Below, piece by piece: positions 29,582-39,812 of a DNA stretch of 64,000 nucleotides. The stretch's first letter is position 1. Each line of letters opens with the position of its first letter. Source of the DNA: Campylobacterales bacterium (lineage in GTDB: Bacteria; Campylobacterota; Campylobacteria; Campylobacterales; QNZT01); the NCBI GenBank assembly GCA_016744895.1, contig JADGDK010000001.1:39463-103462 (forward strand), written 5' to 3'. The notes under the pieces are model-generated. The model was given only the letters and a program-made list of their open reading frames with translations, did no database searches and had not been told where the DNA came from. The position numbers were made by a program, and so were the translations under genes.

Positions 29582-30439
29582 TTATATTTTTTTAGCAAAG
29601 TCATCTTGAGTAATTTTACCTCTTTGACCTTGGTGTACTGCTTGAATCTGTGCATTCATATCACAATACTCATCTGCTTCAGTATCTTGATGTAAAATAC
29701 CAGTAGGCAAGATATTGAGTTGATCCTCTGGACTTAATGCATCATATTTCTTTTTAGGCATTGTGATATCATCAATCCATTGTAGATTATCCATAGCACT
29801 TACCATTTTATTTTTACGTCCTAAGTTAATATGACAATTAGATAGTACGTCAAGTAGTGCAAACCCTTTATGTTTAAATGCAGAAAGAAATAATTTCTCT
29901 AGCTTTTTAGGGTCATTCATGCTTTCACGCCCAACAAACGATGCTCCAGCAGCAATACCTAGTTTACAAGTATCAAAAGTAGGATCAATATTACCTGCTT
30001 TTTGAGAAACAGTCCACATACCTTTTGGAGTAGTAGGAGATGTTTGAGAGTTAGTAAGACCATAAATAAAGTTATTAATAACAATAAATGTTATATCAAT
30101 ATTTCTTCTACAGCCATGAATTGTATGATTACCACCAATTGCAAGTGCATCACCATCACCACCAACACATATAACATGTTTATCTGGATTAGCTAATTTA
30201 ATACCTGTAGCATATGCTACTGTTCGACCGTGTGTAGTGTGAACTGTATTAAAATCAACATATGATGAAAATCTTCCAGAACAACCAATTCCAGAAACTA
30301 CACATACATCATCTTGATTCCAGCCCATCTTTTCAATAGCTCTAACAAATGTCTTTAAAATAACACCGTCACCACAACCCCAACACCAAAGCGTTGGCAT
30401 CTTTTGAAGTCTTAAATATTTTTCGTAATTAAATGCCAT
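29582..30439 (-). CDS. oorB: 2-oxoglutarate:acceptor oxidoreductase, beta (TPP-binding) subunit
   Basis: 285 aa. WCWGCGDG..GIGCSGR..GGDGDALAIGGNH are the TPP and FeS motifs of the 2-oxoacid:ferredoxin oxidoreductase beta subunit. Confidence 0.9.
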   Translation of the reverse strand: MAFNYEKYLRLQKMPTLWCWGCGDGVILKTFVRAIEKMGWNQDDVCVVSGIGCSGRFSSYVDFNTVHTTHGRTVAYATGIKLANPDKHVICVGGDGDALAIGGNHTIHGCRRNIDITFIVINNFIYGLTNSQTSPTTPKGMWTVSQKAGNIDPTFDTCKLGIAAGASFVGRESMNDPKKLEKLFLSAFKHKGFALLDVLSNCHINLGRKNKMVSAMDNLQWIDDITMPKKKYDALSPEDQLNILPTGILHQDTEADEYCDMNAQIQAVHQGQRGKITQDDFAKKI

Positions 30440-30440
30440 C

Positions 30441-31574
30441 TTATAACTCCTTAACTTTACTTACAATCTCATGTGGAGAGATTGGTCTTCCATTTACTTT
30501 AAATAGACCTTCAATATCTAGTCTTGCAGTTGCTCTTTGAACTTCACCATGAAATTGACCAATATTTAGCTCAACTACTAATACTTTTTCGATTTTATCA
30601 GCATACTCTTTCATCTTTTCAGCTGGACTTGGCCAAATAGTAATAGGTCTAAATAAACCTGCTTTAATCCCAGCATCTCTTAAATGTCTAATAGACTCTT
30701 TTGCTGCAAGAGAAACAGATCCATAAGCAACGATCATAACCTCAGCATCATCCATCATAAACTCTTCATAAGATTCAATTTCATCTTTATGTACTTCTAC
30801 TTTATCTTCAAGTCTCTGAATAAGCTTTCTACATGTCTCAATCTCTTCAGTTGGAAAACCATTTTTATCATGGTGTAGTCCTGTAAAGTGATATCTATAA
30901 CCTGTAAACATTGGATTTAAAACTGCAGGTTCTGTTGGACCACATTCATATGGAAAATACTCCTCCGCAGGACCATCAAAAGTCTTTCGAGGAACTATGC
31001 CCTCTTTTACCTCTTCTGGTGTTGGAAGCATTGCTTTACCATGCATATGACCTATAGTCTCATCTAGTAAAACAATAACCGGTTGCATAAAACGATCTGC
31101 AATATTAAATGCACGTACTACCTCAGTATAACACTCCGCTAAATTACCAGCACACAATGTAATTGATTTATAATCACCATGTGAAGGATTTTTAGATTGA
31201 AGGATATCACCTTGAGATACACGAGTTGGAAGACCAGTTGAAGGACCACCTCTCATAACATTTACACAAACCAAAGGAACCTCTGCCATCTGTGCTAAAC
31301 CTAAGTTTTCAGCTTTTAAACTCATTCCTGGACCTGACGTTGCAGTAAGTGTTCTTACACCTGACATACCCGCACCAATAACTGCACAAATACCTGCTAT
31401 TTCATCTTCCATTTGAATCGCAGTACCGCCAACCTTTGGTAAAAGATCTGAGATAACATGCATAACCTCACTTGATGGTGTCAATGGGTAACCACCAAAA
31501 AACTTACATCCAGCATCAACAGCTGCAATTGCAGCTAATTCATTACCAGTTGATATTACTTCTCTTGTTGCCAT
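30441..31574 (-). CDS. oorA: 2-oxoglutarate:acceptor oxidoreductase, alpha subunit
   Basis: 377 aa. GNELAAIAAVDAGCKFFGGYPLTPSSE is the typical alpha-subunit N-terminus. Confidence 0.9.
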   Translation of the reverse strand: MATREVISTGNELAAIAAVDAGCKFFGGYPLTPSSEVMHVISDLLPKVGGTAIQMEDEIAGICAVIGAGMSGVRTLTATSGPGMSLKAENLGLAQMAEVPLVCVNVMRGGPSTGLPTRVSQGDILQSKNPSHGDYKSITLCAGNLAECYTEVVRAFNIADRFMQPVIVLLDETIGHMHGKAMLPTPEEVKEGIVPRKTFDGPAEEYFPYECGPTEPAVLNPMFTGYRYHFTGLHHDKNGFPTEEIETCRKLIQRLEDKVEVHKDEIESYEEFMMDDAEVMIVAYGSVSLAAKESIRHLRDAGIKAGLFRPITIWPSPAEKMKEYADKIEKVLVVELNIGQFHGEVQRATARLDIEGLFKVNGRPISPHEIVSKVKEL

Positions 31575-31576
31575 TA

Positions 31577-31921
31577 TTAAGCTCCTTGATTTAGTGACAT
31601 ATAATTATTTGCGATAATCGCTTCTTGTCTCGTTTTTGATTCGTCAGTTAGTTTTGCAAAACTATGACCCGCTTCTTTAAACTCTTTTTTATCTGCTACA
31701 AAAATAGCAAAATCTGGACAATTTAACTCACAATCATTACACCCGATACATGATTCTGGATGATCTATTGAAATCATTGCACCAAGAGTAGATGAATCTG
31801 CATAAACCATACCTAAAACTCCAGCAGGACATACAGCTACACAGATATCACATGCCTTACAGTTGTTCGTATTGATCCAGACGGGTTGATCACCTGGATT
31901 TACTGTTTCGAAATTTCCCAT
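31577..31921 (-). CDS. oorD: 2-oxoglutarate:acceptor oxidoreductase, delta (2x[4Fe-4S] ferredoxin) subunit
   Basis: 114 aa. CKACDICVAVCP and CIGCNDCELNCP cluster motifs. Confidence 0.88.
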   Translation of the reverse strand: MGNFETVNPGDQPVWINTNNCKACDICVAVCPAGVLGMVYADSSTLGAMISIDHPESCIGCNDCELNCPDFAIFVADKKEFKEAGHSFAKLTDESKTRQEAIIANNYMSLNQGA

Positions 31922-31956
31922 TTATTCTCCTTTAAAATTTAAATTATATCTAAAAC

Positions 31957-32829
31957 CTATTTAGCTAAAACTTCTGATATAGCCTTTCCAATTTCTGCAG
32001 GAGAAACTACCACTTTAACACCAGCAGCTTCTAAAGCATCCATTTTCTCTTTTGCCGTTCCAGCACTTCCACTAATAATAGCCCCAGCATGACCCATTCT
32101 TTTACCAGCAGGTGCAGTTTGACCAGCGATAAAAGCAACCACAGGTTTAGTAATATTCTCTTTGATATAAGCCGCAGCTTGAATTTCAAGATCACCACCA
32201 ATTTCACCAATCATTACAATTGCTTCTGTTTCAGGATCTGCTTCAAAAAGTGGTAAAAGTTGCTTATAACTCAGACCAATGATAGGATCACCACCAATAC
32301 CAACAGCCGTTGTAATACCAAAACCTTCATTACATACTTGATTTGCACCTTCATATGTTAATGTACCAGATTTAGAAATCAGACCAACATTACCTTTTTT
32401 GAAAATCATACCAGGCATAATTCCAATTTTACACTCTTCAGCCGTGATAATACCAGGACAGTTTGGCCCAATAGTTTGCATACTATGTTTCACAGCGTAT
32501 GCTTTAGCCGCTTGCATATCACGTACTGGTGCACCTTCAGTGATAATAACACCTAACTCTATCCCAGCATCAGCGGCTTCCATCACTGCATCAGCCACAA
32601 ATGCAGGTGGTACAAAAATCATACTTACAGTCGCACCAGTTGCATTAACAGCTTCTTTTACTGTATTAAAAACGGGTTTACCTAAATGTTCTTGGCCACC
32701 TTTATTTGGAGTAACTCCACCGACAATATTTGTACCATATGCAAGACATTGTTCTGCATGGAAAGATCCCTCTTTTCCTGTAAAACCTTGTACTATGACT
32801 TTTGTATCTTTATTGACTAAAATACTCAT
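31957..32829 (-). CDS. sucD: Succinate--CoA ligase subunit alpha
   Basis: 290 aa. [31 protein letters not shown] (catalytic His loop). Confidence 0.96.
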   Translation of the reverse strand: MSILVNKDTKVIVQGFTGKEGSFHAEQCLAYGTNIVGGVTPNKGGQEHLGKPVFNTVKEAVNATGATVSMIFVPPAFVADAVMEAADAGIELGVIITEGAPVRDMQAAKAYAVKHSMQTIGPNCPGIITAEECKIGIMPGMIFKKGNVGLISKSGTLTYEGANQVCNEGFGITTAVGIGGDPIIGLSYKQLLPLFEADPETEAIVMIGEIGGDLEIQAAAYIKENITKPVVAFIAGQTAPAGKRMGHAGAIISGSAGTAKEKMDALEAAGVKVVVSPAEIGKAISEVLAK

Positions 32830-34004
32830 GATAACTCTCCTTTAGCTGCTTTTACTGCTTTTGCTGCACCATCTCCTAAATCATCTCCAACGATGATATT
32901 AGAGATATTTGCATTTTTTAAAATCTCTGCAGCTTCTGGTGCATTTGTACCATCAAGTCTTACAATAACTGGTACATTTACATCTGTTATTTTAGTCGCT
33001 TCTAAAATCCCGTTTGCAATTCTGTCACATCTTACAATTCCACCAAAAATATTTACAAAAATTGCTTTTACTTTTGGATTTTTCAAAATAATTTCAAAAC
33101 CTTTTGCAACGGTTTCAGCATTTGCACTTCCTCCAACATCAAGAAAGTTTGCAGGCGTTCCACCCATATAGTTAATTGTATCCATCGTACCCATAGCAAG
33201 TCCAGCTCCATTTACCATACAACCAATCTCACCATCAAGTGCAATATAAGAAAGACCATATTGACTTGCTTCTCTCTCATCTGGATCTTCTTCAGAAATA
33301 TCTCTCATATCTTCAATATCAGGATGACGTCCAAGGGCAGAATCATCAAAACCCATTTTACCATCAAGTGCAATGAATTCACCCGTACCTGTTTTAATAA
33401 GTGGATTTATTTCAATCATCTCTGCATCATTTTCCATATATACGGTATACAATGATTTAGCAAACTTGATTAATTTTCCCTGCTCTTTTTTATCAGTGAT
33501 TCCAAGACCAAATACTAACTCACGTCCATGAAAACCTTGAAATCCAACTGCTGGATCAACAGGAACTTTAATAATCTTTTCAGGTGTATTTTCAGCAACT
33601 GTTTCAATATCCATACCACCTTCAGTAGAAGCCATAATTACTGGCATCTCTTTAGCACGATCAAGTACAACACCAAGATAAAGCTCATCTTTAATATCTG
33701 CACCCTCTTCAATATATACTTTTTGAACAAGTTTACCCTCAGGACCAGTTTGGTGTGTAACAAGTGTCATTCCTAAAATTTCACTTGCTAATTCTCTTAC
33801 TTCATCAATTGACTTAGCAAGTTTTACACCACCACCAAGACCACGTCCACCTGCATGGATTTGAGCTTTTACAACCCAAATATTCCCACCAAGTTCTTGT
33901 GCATTTGTAACCGCTTGAAGTGGAGTATTTGCGATAATCCCTCTAGGCGTTGGAACACCATATTTAGCAAAAATTTGTTTTGCTTGATACTCATGTATAT
34001 TCAT
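32826..34004 (-). CDS. sucC: ADP-forming succinate--CoA ligase subunit beta
   Basis: 392 aa. [39 protein letters not shown]. Confidence 0.96.
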   Translation of the reverse strand: MNIHEYQAKQIFAKYGVPTPRGIIANTPLQAVTNAQELGGNIWVVKAQIHAGGRGLGGGVKLAKSIDEVRELASEILGMTLVTHQTGPEGKLVQKVYIEEGADIKDELYLGVVLDRAKEMPVIMASTEGGMDIETVAENTPEKIIKVPVDPAVGFQGFHGRELVFGLGITDKKEQGKLIKFAKSLYTVYMENDAEMIEINPLIKTGTGEFIALDGKMGFDDSALGRHPDIEDMRDISEEDPDEREASQYGLSYIALDGEIGCMVNGAGLAMGTMDTINYMGGTPANFLDVGGSANAETVAKGFEIILKNPKVKAIFVNIFGGIVRCDRIANGILEATKITDVNVPVIVRLDGTNAPEAAEILKNANISNIIVGDDLGDGAAKAVKAAKGELS

Positions 34005-34032
34005 ATATTCTCCTTTACTTATTTTGTTTTAA

Positions 34033-35424
34033 TTATGCTTTTGGCGCTATCATATCTTCTGGTACAACATATTTATCAAACTCTTCCGCAGTTAAAAAAC
34101 CAAGCTCAACCGTTGTCTCTTTTAATGTTGCATTATTAGCATGTGCAGTTTTTGCAATTTTTGCAGCATTGTCATATCCAACATAAGGATTTAGTGCTGT
34201 AACTAACATCAATGAATTATGTAAGAAATGATCAATTTTATCTGCTACAGGCTCAAGCCCAACAGCACAATGATCATTAAATGATACAATTGAATCTGCA
34301 AGCAGACGACATGATTGAAGATAGTTATAAGCAATAACAGGCTTATAAACATTCAATTCAAAGTTACCTTGACTTGCACCCATAGAAATTGCAACATCAT
34401 TACCAAATACTTGGCAAGTTACCATAGTTACCGCTTCAGCTTGTGTAGGATTTACTTTACCTGGCATAATAGAAGAACCTGGCTCATTTGCAGGAATTTC
34501 AATTTCACCAATTCCACATCTAGGTCCAGAAGCAAGCCATCTCACATCATTAGCAATTTTCATCATATCAGCAGCAAGTGCTTTGAGTGCTCCATGAGAA
34601 TAAACAAGTGCATCATGAGAAGTAAGTGCATGAAATTTATTTGGTGCAGTCACAAAATCATGTCCTGTAAGCTCTGAAAGTTTTACAGCCACACGCTCGC
34701 CAAGTTCTGGATGAGCATTTAGCCCTGTTCCAACAGCAGTACCACCAAGTGCTAACTCACGAACTGCTTCAAGAGAATCTTGAGCCATTTTTTCACATTT
34801 TGCAAGCATCTCTACCCAACCACTGATCTCTTGACCTAAAGTAAGTGGTGTCGCATCTTGTAAATGGGTACGACCAATTTTTACAACCGATTCAAACTTT
34901 GCAGATTTGTCTGCTAATGTTGCTTTTAGTTTTGCAATAGCTGGTAAAACTTGTGTCTCTACAGCAATAACAGCAGCTACGTGAAGTGCCGTTGGATAAG
35001 TATCATTTGAACTTTGCGATTTATTGACATCATCATTTGGATGTACTAATTTTTCAGTTTTAAAATCGCCACCCAATATTTCAGTTGCACGGTTGGCTAA
35101 AACTTCATTATTGTTCATATTAGATTGTGTACCTGAACCTGTTTGCCAAACAACAAGTGGATAATTTCCATCTAATTTACCTGAAAGCATATCATCTGCT
35201 GCTTGTGCAATAGCATCTGCTTTTTCACCATCAAGTTTGCCTAAATCTTTATTAACAAGGGCTACTGCTTTTTTAAGATAAGAAAATGCTCTTGTAATCT
35301 CATAAGGCATAGTCTCTTCACCAATTGCGAAGTTTTGAATACTTCGTTGTGTTTGTGCAGCCCAATAAGCATTTTCCGGAACTTGCATATCACCCATGGT
35401 GTCTTTTTCAATTCTAAAACCCAT
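34033..35424 (-). CDS. fumC: Class II fumarate hydratase
   Basis: 463 aa. [13 protein letters not shown] signature and the typical FumC N-terminus [13 protein letters not shown]. Confidence 0.96.
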   Translation of the reverse strand: MGFRIEKDTMGDMQVPENAYWAAQTQRSIQNFAIGEETMPYEITRAFSYLKKAVALVNKDLGKLDGEKADAIAQAADDMLSGKLDGNYPLVVWQTGSGTQSNMNNNEVLANRATEILGGDFKTEKLVHPNDDVNKSQSSNDTYPTALHVAAVIAVETQVLPAIAKLKATLADKSAKFESVVKIGRTHLQDATPLTLGQEISGWVEMLAKCEKMAQDSLEAVRELALGGTAVGTGLNAHPELGERVAVKLSELTGHDFVTAPNKFHALTSHDALVYSHGALKALAADMMKIANDVRWLASGPRCGIGEIEIPANEPGSSIMPGKVNPTQAEAVTMVTCQVFGNDVAISMGASQGNFELNVYKPVIAYNYLQSCRLLADSIVSFNDHCAVGLEPVADKIDHFLHNSLMLVTALNPYVGYDNAAKIAKTAHANNATLKETTVELGFLTAEEFDKYVVPEDMIAPKA

Positions 35425-36386
35425 TATTTATTCTCCTCAAAAAATTTATTTTCATATAACACATCTACCAAAGCTTGAACAGATGATACAGAGTGCTTAA
35501 ATTGCTCTTTTTGTGTAGCAGTTAAATTAATCTCATCAATGATGCGTTCTACACCTTGTGAGCCAATCATTGCAGGAACACCACTGACAATATTTTTATA
35601 TCCAAATTCACCATCTAACATTACAGCACATGAATGAATCTGTTTGGTATCTTTTAAAATGGCTTCAACCATCAACGCTGCAGATTTAGCAGGGGCATAA
35701 TAAGCTGAACCCGTTTTTAAAAGTCCAACAATCTCTGCACCACCATTTTTAGTTTTTTCTACCACTTCATCAATCTCTTCATCTGATAAAAGATCTTGTA
35801 TTGGAACTCCAGCTACTGTTGTAAATTTTGGAAGTGGAACCATAGTATCACCGTGGCCTCCCATGACTGAAGCTCTAATCTGTCCTGAACCAAATTCTAA
35901 TTTTTCGTAGATAAAGTGTGCCATTCTCGCACTATCAAGAATACCTGCCATTCCCATGACACGTTCACGTGGAAAACCACTCTCTTTAAGTGCAACATAA
36001 GTCATAACATCAAGAGGATTAGCAACTGTTATAATAATCGCATTGGGAGCATATTTTACGATGTCTTTAACAATCTTTCTAGAGATTGCTGCGTTGTTTA
36101 CAAGTAAATCATCACGACTCATACCTGGAGTTCTTGGAGCTCCTGCTGTGATAACGACCACATCACTATCAGCAATATCTTCAGGTTTTTCAGCTGCTCT
36201 TACAACTGTATGTTGTCTTGCTGCATTAGCAGCTTGAGACATATCAAGTGCTTTTCCTTTGGCAATATCAACATCACGACCACGTAGTACTACCTCATGA
36301 CATAAACCATTCATAGCCAAAATAAAGGCAACGGTTGAACCAACATTTCCTGTACCCGCAACAGTAACTTTTTTACTTTTTCCCAT
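35424..36386 (-). CDS. mdh: Malate dehydrogenase (LDH-like family)
   Basis: 320 aa. [10 protein letters not shown] Rossmann motif, [25 protein letters not shown]. Confidence 0.92.
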   Translation of the reverse strand: MGKSKKVTVAGTGNVGSTVAFILAMNGLCHEVVLRGRDVDIAKGKALDMSQAANAARQHTVVRAAEKPEDIADSDVVVITAGAPRTPGMSRDDLLVNNAAISRKIVKDIVKYAPNAIIITVANPLDVMTYVALKESGFPRERVMGMAGILDSARMAHFIYEKLEFGSGQIRASVMGGHGDTMVPLPKFTTVAGVPIQDLLSDEEIDEVVEKTKNGGAEIVGLLKTGSAYYAPAKSAALMVEAILKDTKQIHSCAVMLDGEFGYKNIVSGVPAMIGSQGVERIIDEINLTATQKEQFKHSVSSVQALVDVLYENKFFEENK

Positions 36387-36434
36387 GAAACCTCCAGGGT
36401 AATCAATTATTTGTGTTGTACTTCATAATATGCT

Positions 36435-36465
36435 GTTTATATGGTGAATAAATCACCATATAAAC
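36435..36465 (-). terminator. 13-bp perfect hairpin between icd and mdh (terminator or attenuator candidate)
   Basis: GTTTATATGGTGA-ATAAA-TCACCATATAAAC, 12 nt after the icd stop and ~50 nt before the mdh start. No clear U-tract. Confidence 0.45.
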
Positions 36466-36476
36466 TTGTTTTCTTA

Positions 36477-38651
36477 CTAAATTGCGTCTATAATTGCATT
36501 TAAAGTTGCAGATGGACGCATAGCAGCTGAAGCTTTTGCATCATTTGGATGGAAGTAACCACCAACATCTTGAGCTTGTCCTTCTACCGCTAATAACTCA
36601 GCCATAATAGTCTCTTCATTTTCAATAAGTGCTTTTGCCACAGGAGCAAATTTAGCAGCTAACTCAGCATTGTCACCTTCAGCAAGTGCTTTTGCCCAGT
36701 ATTGCGCTACGAAGAAGTGAGAAGCTTTATTATCTGGCTGACCACATTTTCTACCTGGTTCTTTGTTGTTATCTAGGTAACCATCATTGGCAATATCTAA
36801 AGCAGCTGTTAAAGCTGAAAGTTTTGCATCTGAGTGTTTGTTACCTAAGAAACGTAAAGACTCAGCTAGTGCTAAAATTTCACCTAAAGAATCCCAACGA
36901 AGGTGACCTTCAGCTAAGAATTGATCAACGTGTTTAGGAGCAGATCCACCAGCACCAGTCTCATAAAGACCACCACCAGCTAATAAAGGAACAATTGAAA
37001 GCATCTTAGCAGATGTTCCAAGCTCTAAAATCGGGTACATATCAGTAAGGTGATCACGTAAAACGTTACCTGTTACAGCGATAGTCATTTTACCTTCACG
37101 TACACGTGCATTTGTAAAACGAGTAGCGTTAGTTACATTCATAAATTGAATATCTAAACCAGTAGTATCAAACTCTTTAAGGTATGCATCTACTTTTTTC
37201 TTCACTTGAACATCATGAGCACGATTTTCATCTAACCAAAAAATTGCAGGTACTTTTTCAAGTCCAGTTCTTTCAACAGTTAAACGAACCCAGTCTTTGA
37301 TTGGAATATCTTTAGTACGAGACATTCTCCAAATATCACCAGCTTCACATTCAAAAGACATCATTTCACCGTCAATTGAACCAGTTACAGTTACAGTACC
37401 AGCTTCAGCAAGTTCGAATGTAGTTGGGTGTGAACCATACTCTTCAGCTTTTTGAGCCATAAGACCGATATTTTGCATAGTACCCATTGTTGCAACATCA
37501 TACTGACCATTTTTAACACAATCAGCAACCATCTCAGCATGAAACATTCCATAAGTAGAATCAGGAACAACAGCAACACACTCTACTGCAGCTCCAGTTC
37601 TATCCCATTGCTTACCACCTTCACGAACAACAACTGGCATAGAAGCATCGATAATTACATCGTTAGATGCATTAAAGTTAGTTGTACCTTTGTCAGAATC
37701 AACCATAGCAATTTTTGGAGAATCAGCTTCAACAGCACCTAAGAAAGCTGCTTTAATTTCAGCTTCTTGAGCGTGACCAGCGATTTTTTTCTCTAAGTCA
37801 GACATACCTTGATTAGGGTTAACATTTAATTCTGCAAATGTATCTGCATATTTAGCGAATACTTCTGGAAAGAATGCCTTAAAACCATGACCAAACATAA
37901 TTGGATCAGAGATTTTCATCATTGTAGCTTTAAGATGTAATGACCATAAAACATCATTTGATTTTGCATCTTCTATCGTTTTCTTATAGAAAGTGTTAAG
38001 AGCAGCGATAGACATAAATGTACCATCAAGGATTTCACCATCAAGAGCGTCAACAGAAGTTAACTCTTTACCGTTAAGAGCGATTGTAACTTTTTGAGCT
38101 TTTTCTACAGTAACTGATTTCTCATTACCAAAAAAGTCTCCATTACCTTCCATGTGAGCTACATATGATTTAGGAACATCTGGGAACGCTCTAAGTTTAT
38201 GTGGGTTGTTTTGAGCAAACTTCTTAACAGCTGCTGCTGCACGACGATCAGAGTTACCTTCACGAAGCACTGGATTAACTGCTGAACCTAAACATACGCC
38301 ATATTTAGCTTGAATAGCTTCTTCATCAGCATTTGCTGGATTTTCAGGATAGTTAGGAATATCGTAACCTTGACCTTGAAGCTCGGCGATACAATCTTTA
38401 AGTTGACCAACTGAAGCAGAAATATTTGGAAGCTTAATGATGTTTCCATCTTCTTGGAGAACAACTTCACCTAGTTTCGAAAGCTCATCTTCTGCAAGAC
38501 CCATAGCAGCTAAAACTCTACCTGCTAGTGAAATATCACTTGTAACTACTTCAACGCCGGCAGCGTTAGTGAAAGCATTAACGATAGGTAGTAATGAGTA
38601 AGTTGCTAAAGCTGGTGCTTCATCGATTTTTGACCAAATGATTTTTGACAT
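36477..38651 (-). CDS. icd: NADP-dependent isocitrate dehydrogenase, monomeric type
   Basis: 724 aa, the length and sequence pattern (SKIIWSKIDEAPALATYSLLPIV..) of monomeric IDH. Confidence 0.93.
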   Translation of the reverse strand: MSKIIWSKIDEAPALATYSLLPIVNAFTNAAGVEVVTSDISLAGRVLAAMGLAEDELSKLGEVVLQEDGNIIKLPNISASVGQLKDCIAELQGQGYDIPNYPENPANADEEAIQAKYGVCLGSAVNPVLREGNSDRRAAAAVKKFAQNNPHKLRAFPDVPKSYVAHMEGNGDFFGNEKSVTVEKAQKVTIALNGKELTSVDALDGEILDGTFMSIAALNTFYKKTIEDAKSNDVLWSLHLKATMMKISDPIMFGHGFKAFFPEVFAKYADTFAELNVNPNQGMSDLEKKIAGHAQEAEIKAAFLGAVEADSPKIAMVDSDKGTTNFNASNDVIIDASMPVVVREGGKQWDRTGAAVECVAVVPDSTYGMFHAEMVADCVKNGQYDVATMGTMQNIGLMAQKAEEYGSHPTTFELAEAGTVTVTGSIDGEMMSFECEAGDIWRMSRTKDIPIKDWVRLTVERTGLEKVPAIFWLDENRAHDVQVKKKVDAYLKEFDTTGLDIQFMNVTNATRFTNARVREGKMTIAVTGNVLRDHLTDMYPILELGTSAKMLSIVPLLAGGGLYETGAGGSAPKHVDQFLAEGHLRWDSLGEILALAESLRFLGNKHSDAKLSALTAALDIANDGYLDNNKEPGRKCGQPDNKASHFFVAQYWAKALAEGDNAELAAKFAPVAKALIENEETIMAELLAVEGQAQDVGGYFHPNDAKASAAMRPSATLNAIIDAI

Positions 38652-38728
38652 ATATGTTCCTTAATAATTAAATTTTTATAAATGATATTTTATCGATAAA
38701 AAAATATAAAGATTATTAAAAAAAGTAA

Positions 38729-38817
38729 TGTTGCTACAAAAGGTAACACTCTAAAAATACAAATGTTACTTTTTTACACAGTTGTATTTAATAGAACTCT
38801 ATAAAGTGTTACTTTTT
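38729..38817 (-). promoter_or_regulatory. Cluster of GTTAC-type motifs upstream of icd (candidate operator sites)
   Basis: TGTTGCTACAAAAGGTAACA (38729-38748), GTTACTTTTTT (38764-38775) and GTTACTTTTT (38808-38817) within the 157-bp icd leader and mltG 3' end. The same word occurs upstream of acnB. Confidence 0.3.
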
Positions 38818-39771
38818 AGAAGATTTCTTAATATTTTGAAGATGTATTTTATAAGAGTGAGTAAAAGCGTGCTCCCCTTTTTTTGACCTTACAAAGTATA
38901 GGTAGTTCACGTTTGCAGGCTTTAAAGCAGCTTCTATAGCCTTATTTGTTACAGAACATATTGGATGTGGTGGCAAACCAGCATGTTTATAAGTATTAAA
39001 TTTTGAAGTGTCTTCTTTAATCATCTTAGGTGTTACTTTTTGATGCGATTGAAATTTATAGTTTAGCGTACCATCCATCTGTAAGAGCATCCCTTTTTTA
39101 AGCCTATTGTAAATCACTGCAGAAACTAAAGGCATTTCATCTATATTTCCAGCCTCTTTTGTAATGATTGAAGCCATGGTGATATATTTTTCAAACCACT
39201 CTTTTTCATCATAACGCTTTAAATGCTTTTGAGACATTTTCTTATGCTCTTGTAGTGAGTGTTGTACAAGATACTTCATTAAATCAACTTCACTCATACC
39301 AGCAGGAATGCTGTATGTTTCGGCGATAACAACACCATCTGGATAAGGTGCCACTTCATTGTATGCATCTGCTAATTTTGTACTATTTAAATCAAGTTGT
39401 TTTGACAATTGTTCAAAAAAGAGCTCTTTAGTTTCACCAGGGATCAGTGTGATACTTTTAACTGCTGCTTTGGATTTGGTAATACGGAGAAAGAATTGAC
39501 CTCTAGTCATAGAAGTTTCACCCAAATCAATCCAACCAGCTTGGGGATAACCAACCAACTTCACAAGATGATAATCCAAATCTGAAAGATCAATACCACC
39601 TTTTTTCAAAGCCAACATGGCTGATTTGGTGGAGCCTTTTGGTATAAAAATAGTTTTAGGCGTTATGATGGTCTCTTGAAGATAGCTTTTTACATAGGTA
39701 AAACCAACAAGTGCAAGTACAACAGAAATGAGGATGAAGACAAGTAAGTATTTTAAAAATTTTTTTAACAT
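38809..39771 (-). CDS. mltG: Endolytic transglycosylase MltG (YceG family)
   Basis: 320 aa. N-terminal TM helix, ASIITKEAGN..VIYNRLKKGMLLQMDGT..NTYKHAGLPPHPICS family motifs. Confidence 0.88.
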   Translation of the reverse strand: MLKKFLKYLLVFILISVVLALVGFTYVKSYLQETIITPKTIFIPKGSTKSAMLALKKGGIDLSDLDYHLVKLVGYPQAGWIDLGETSMTRGQFFLRITKSKAAVKSITLIPGETKELFFEQLSKQLDLNSTKLADAYNEVAPYPDGVVIAETYSIPAGMSEVDLMKYLVQHSLQEHKKMSQKHLKRYDEKEWFEKYITMASIITKEAGNIDEMPLVSAVIYNRLKKGMLLQMDGTLNYKFQSHQKVTPKMIKEDTSKFNTYKHAGLPPHPICSVTNKAIEAALKPANVNYLYFVRSKKGEHAFTHSYKIHLQNIKKSSKK

Positions 39772-39783
39772 AAAGTAAGTATA

Positions 39784-39805
39784 CCAATACCCAGCTGGGT
39801 ATTGG
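39784..39805. terminator. Palindromic hairpin after acnB
   Basis: CCAATACCCAGCTGGGTATTGG (perfect palindrome) 8 nt after the acnB stop, flanked by an A-run and a T-run. Confidence 0.55.
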
Positions 39806-39812
39806 CAATTTT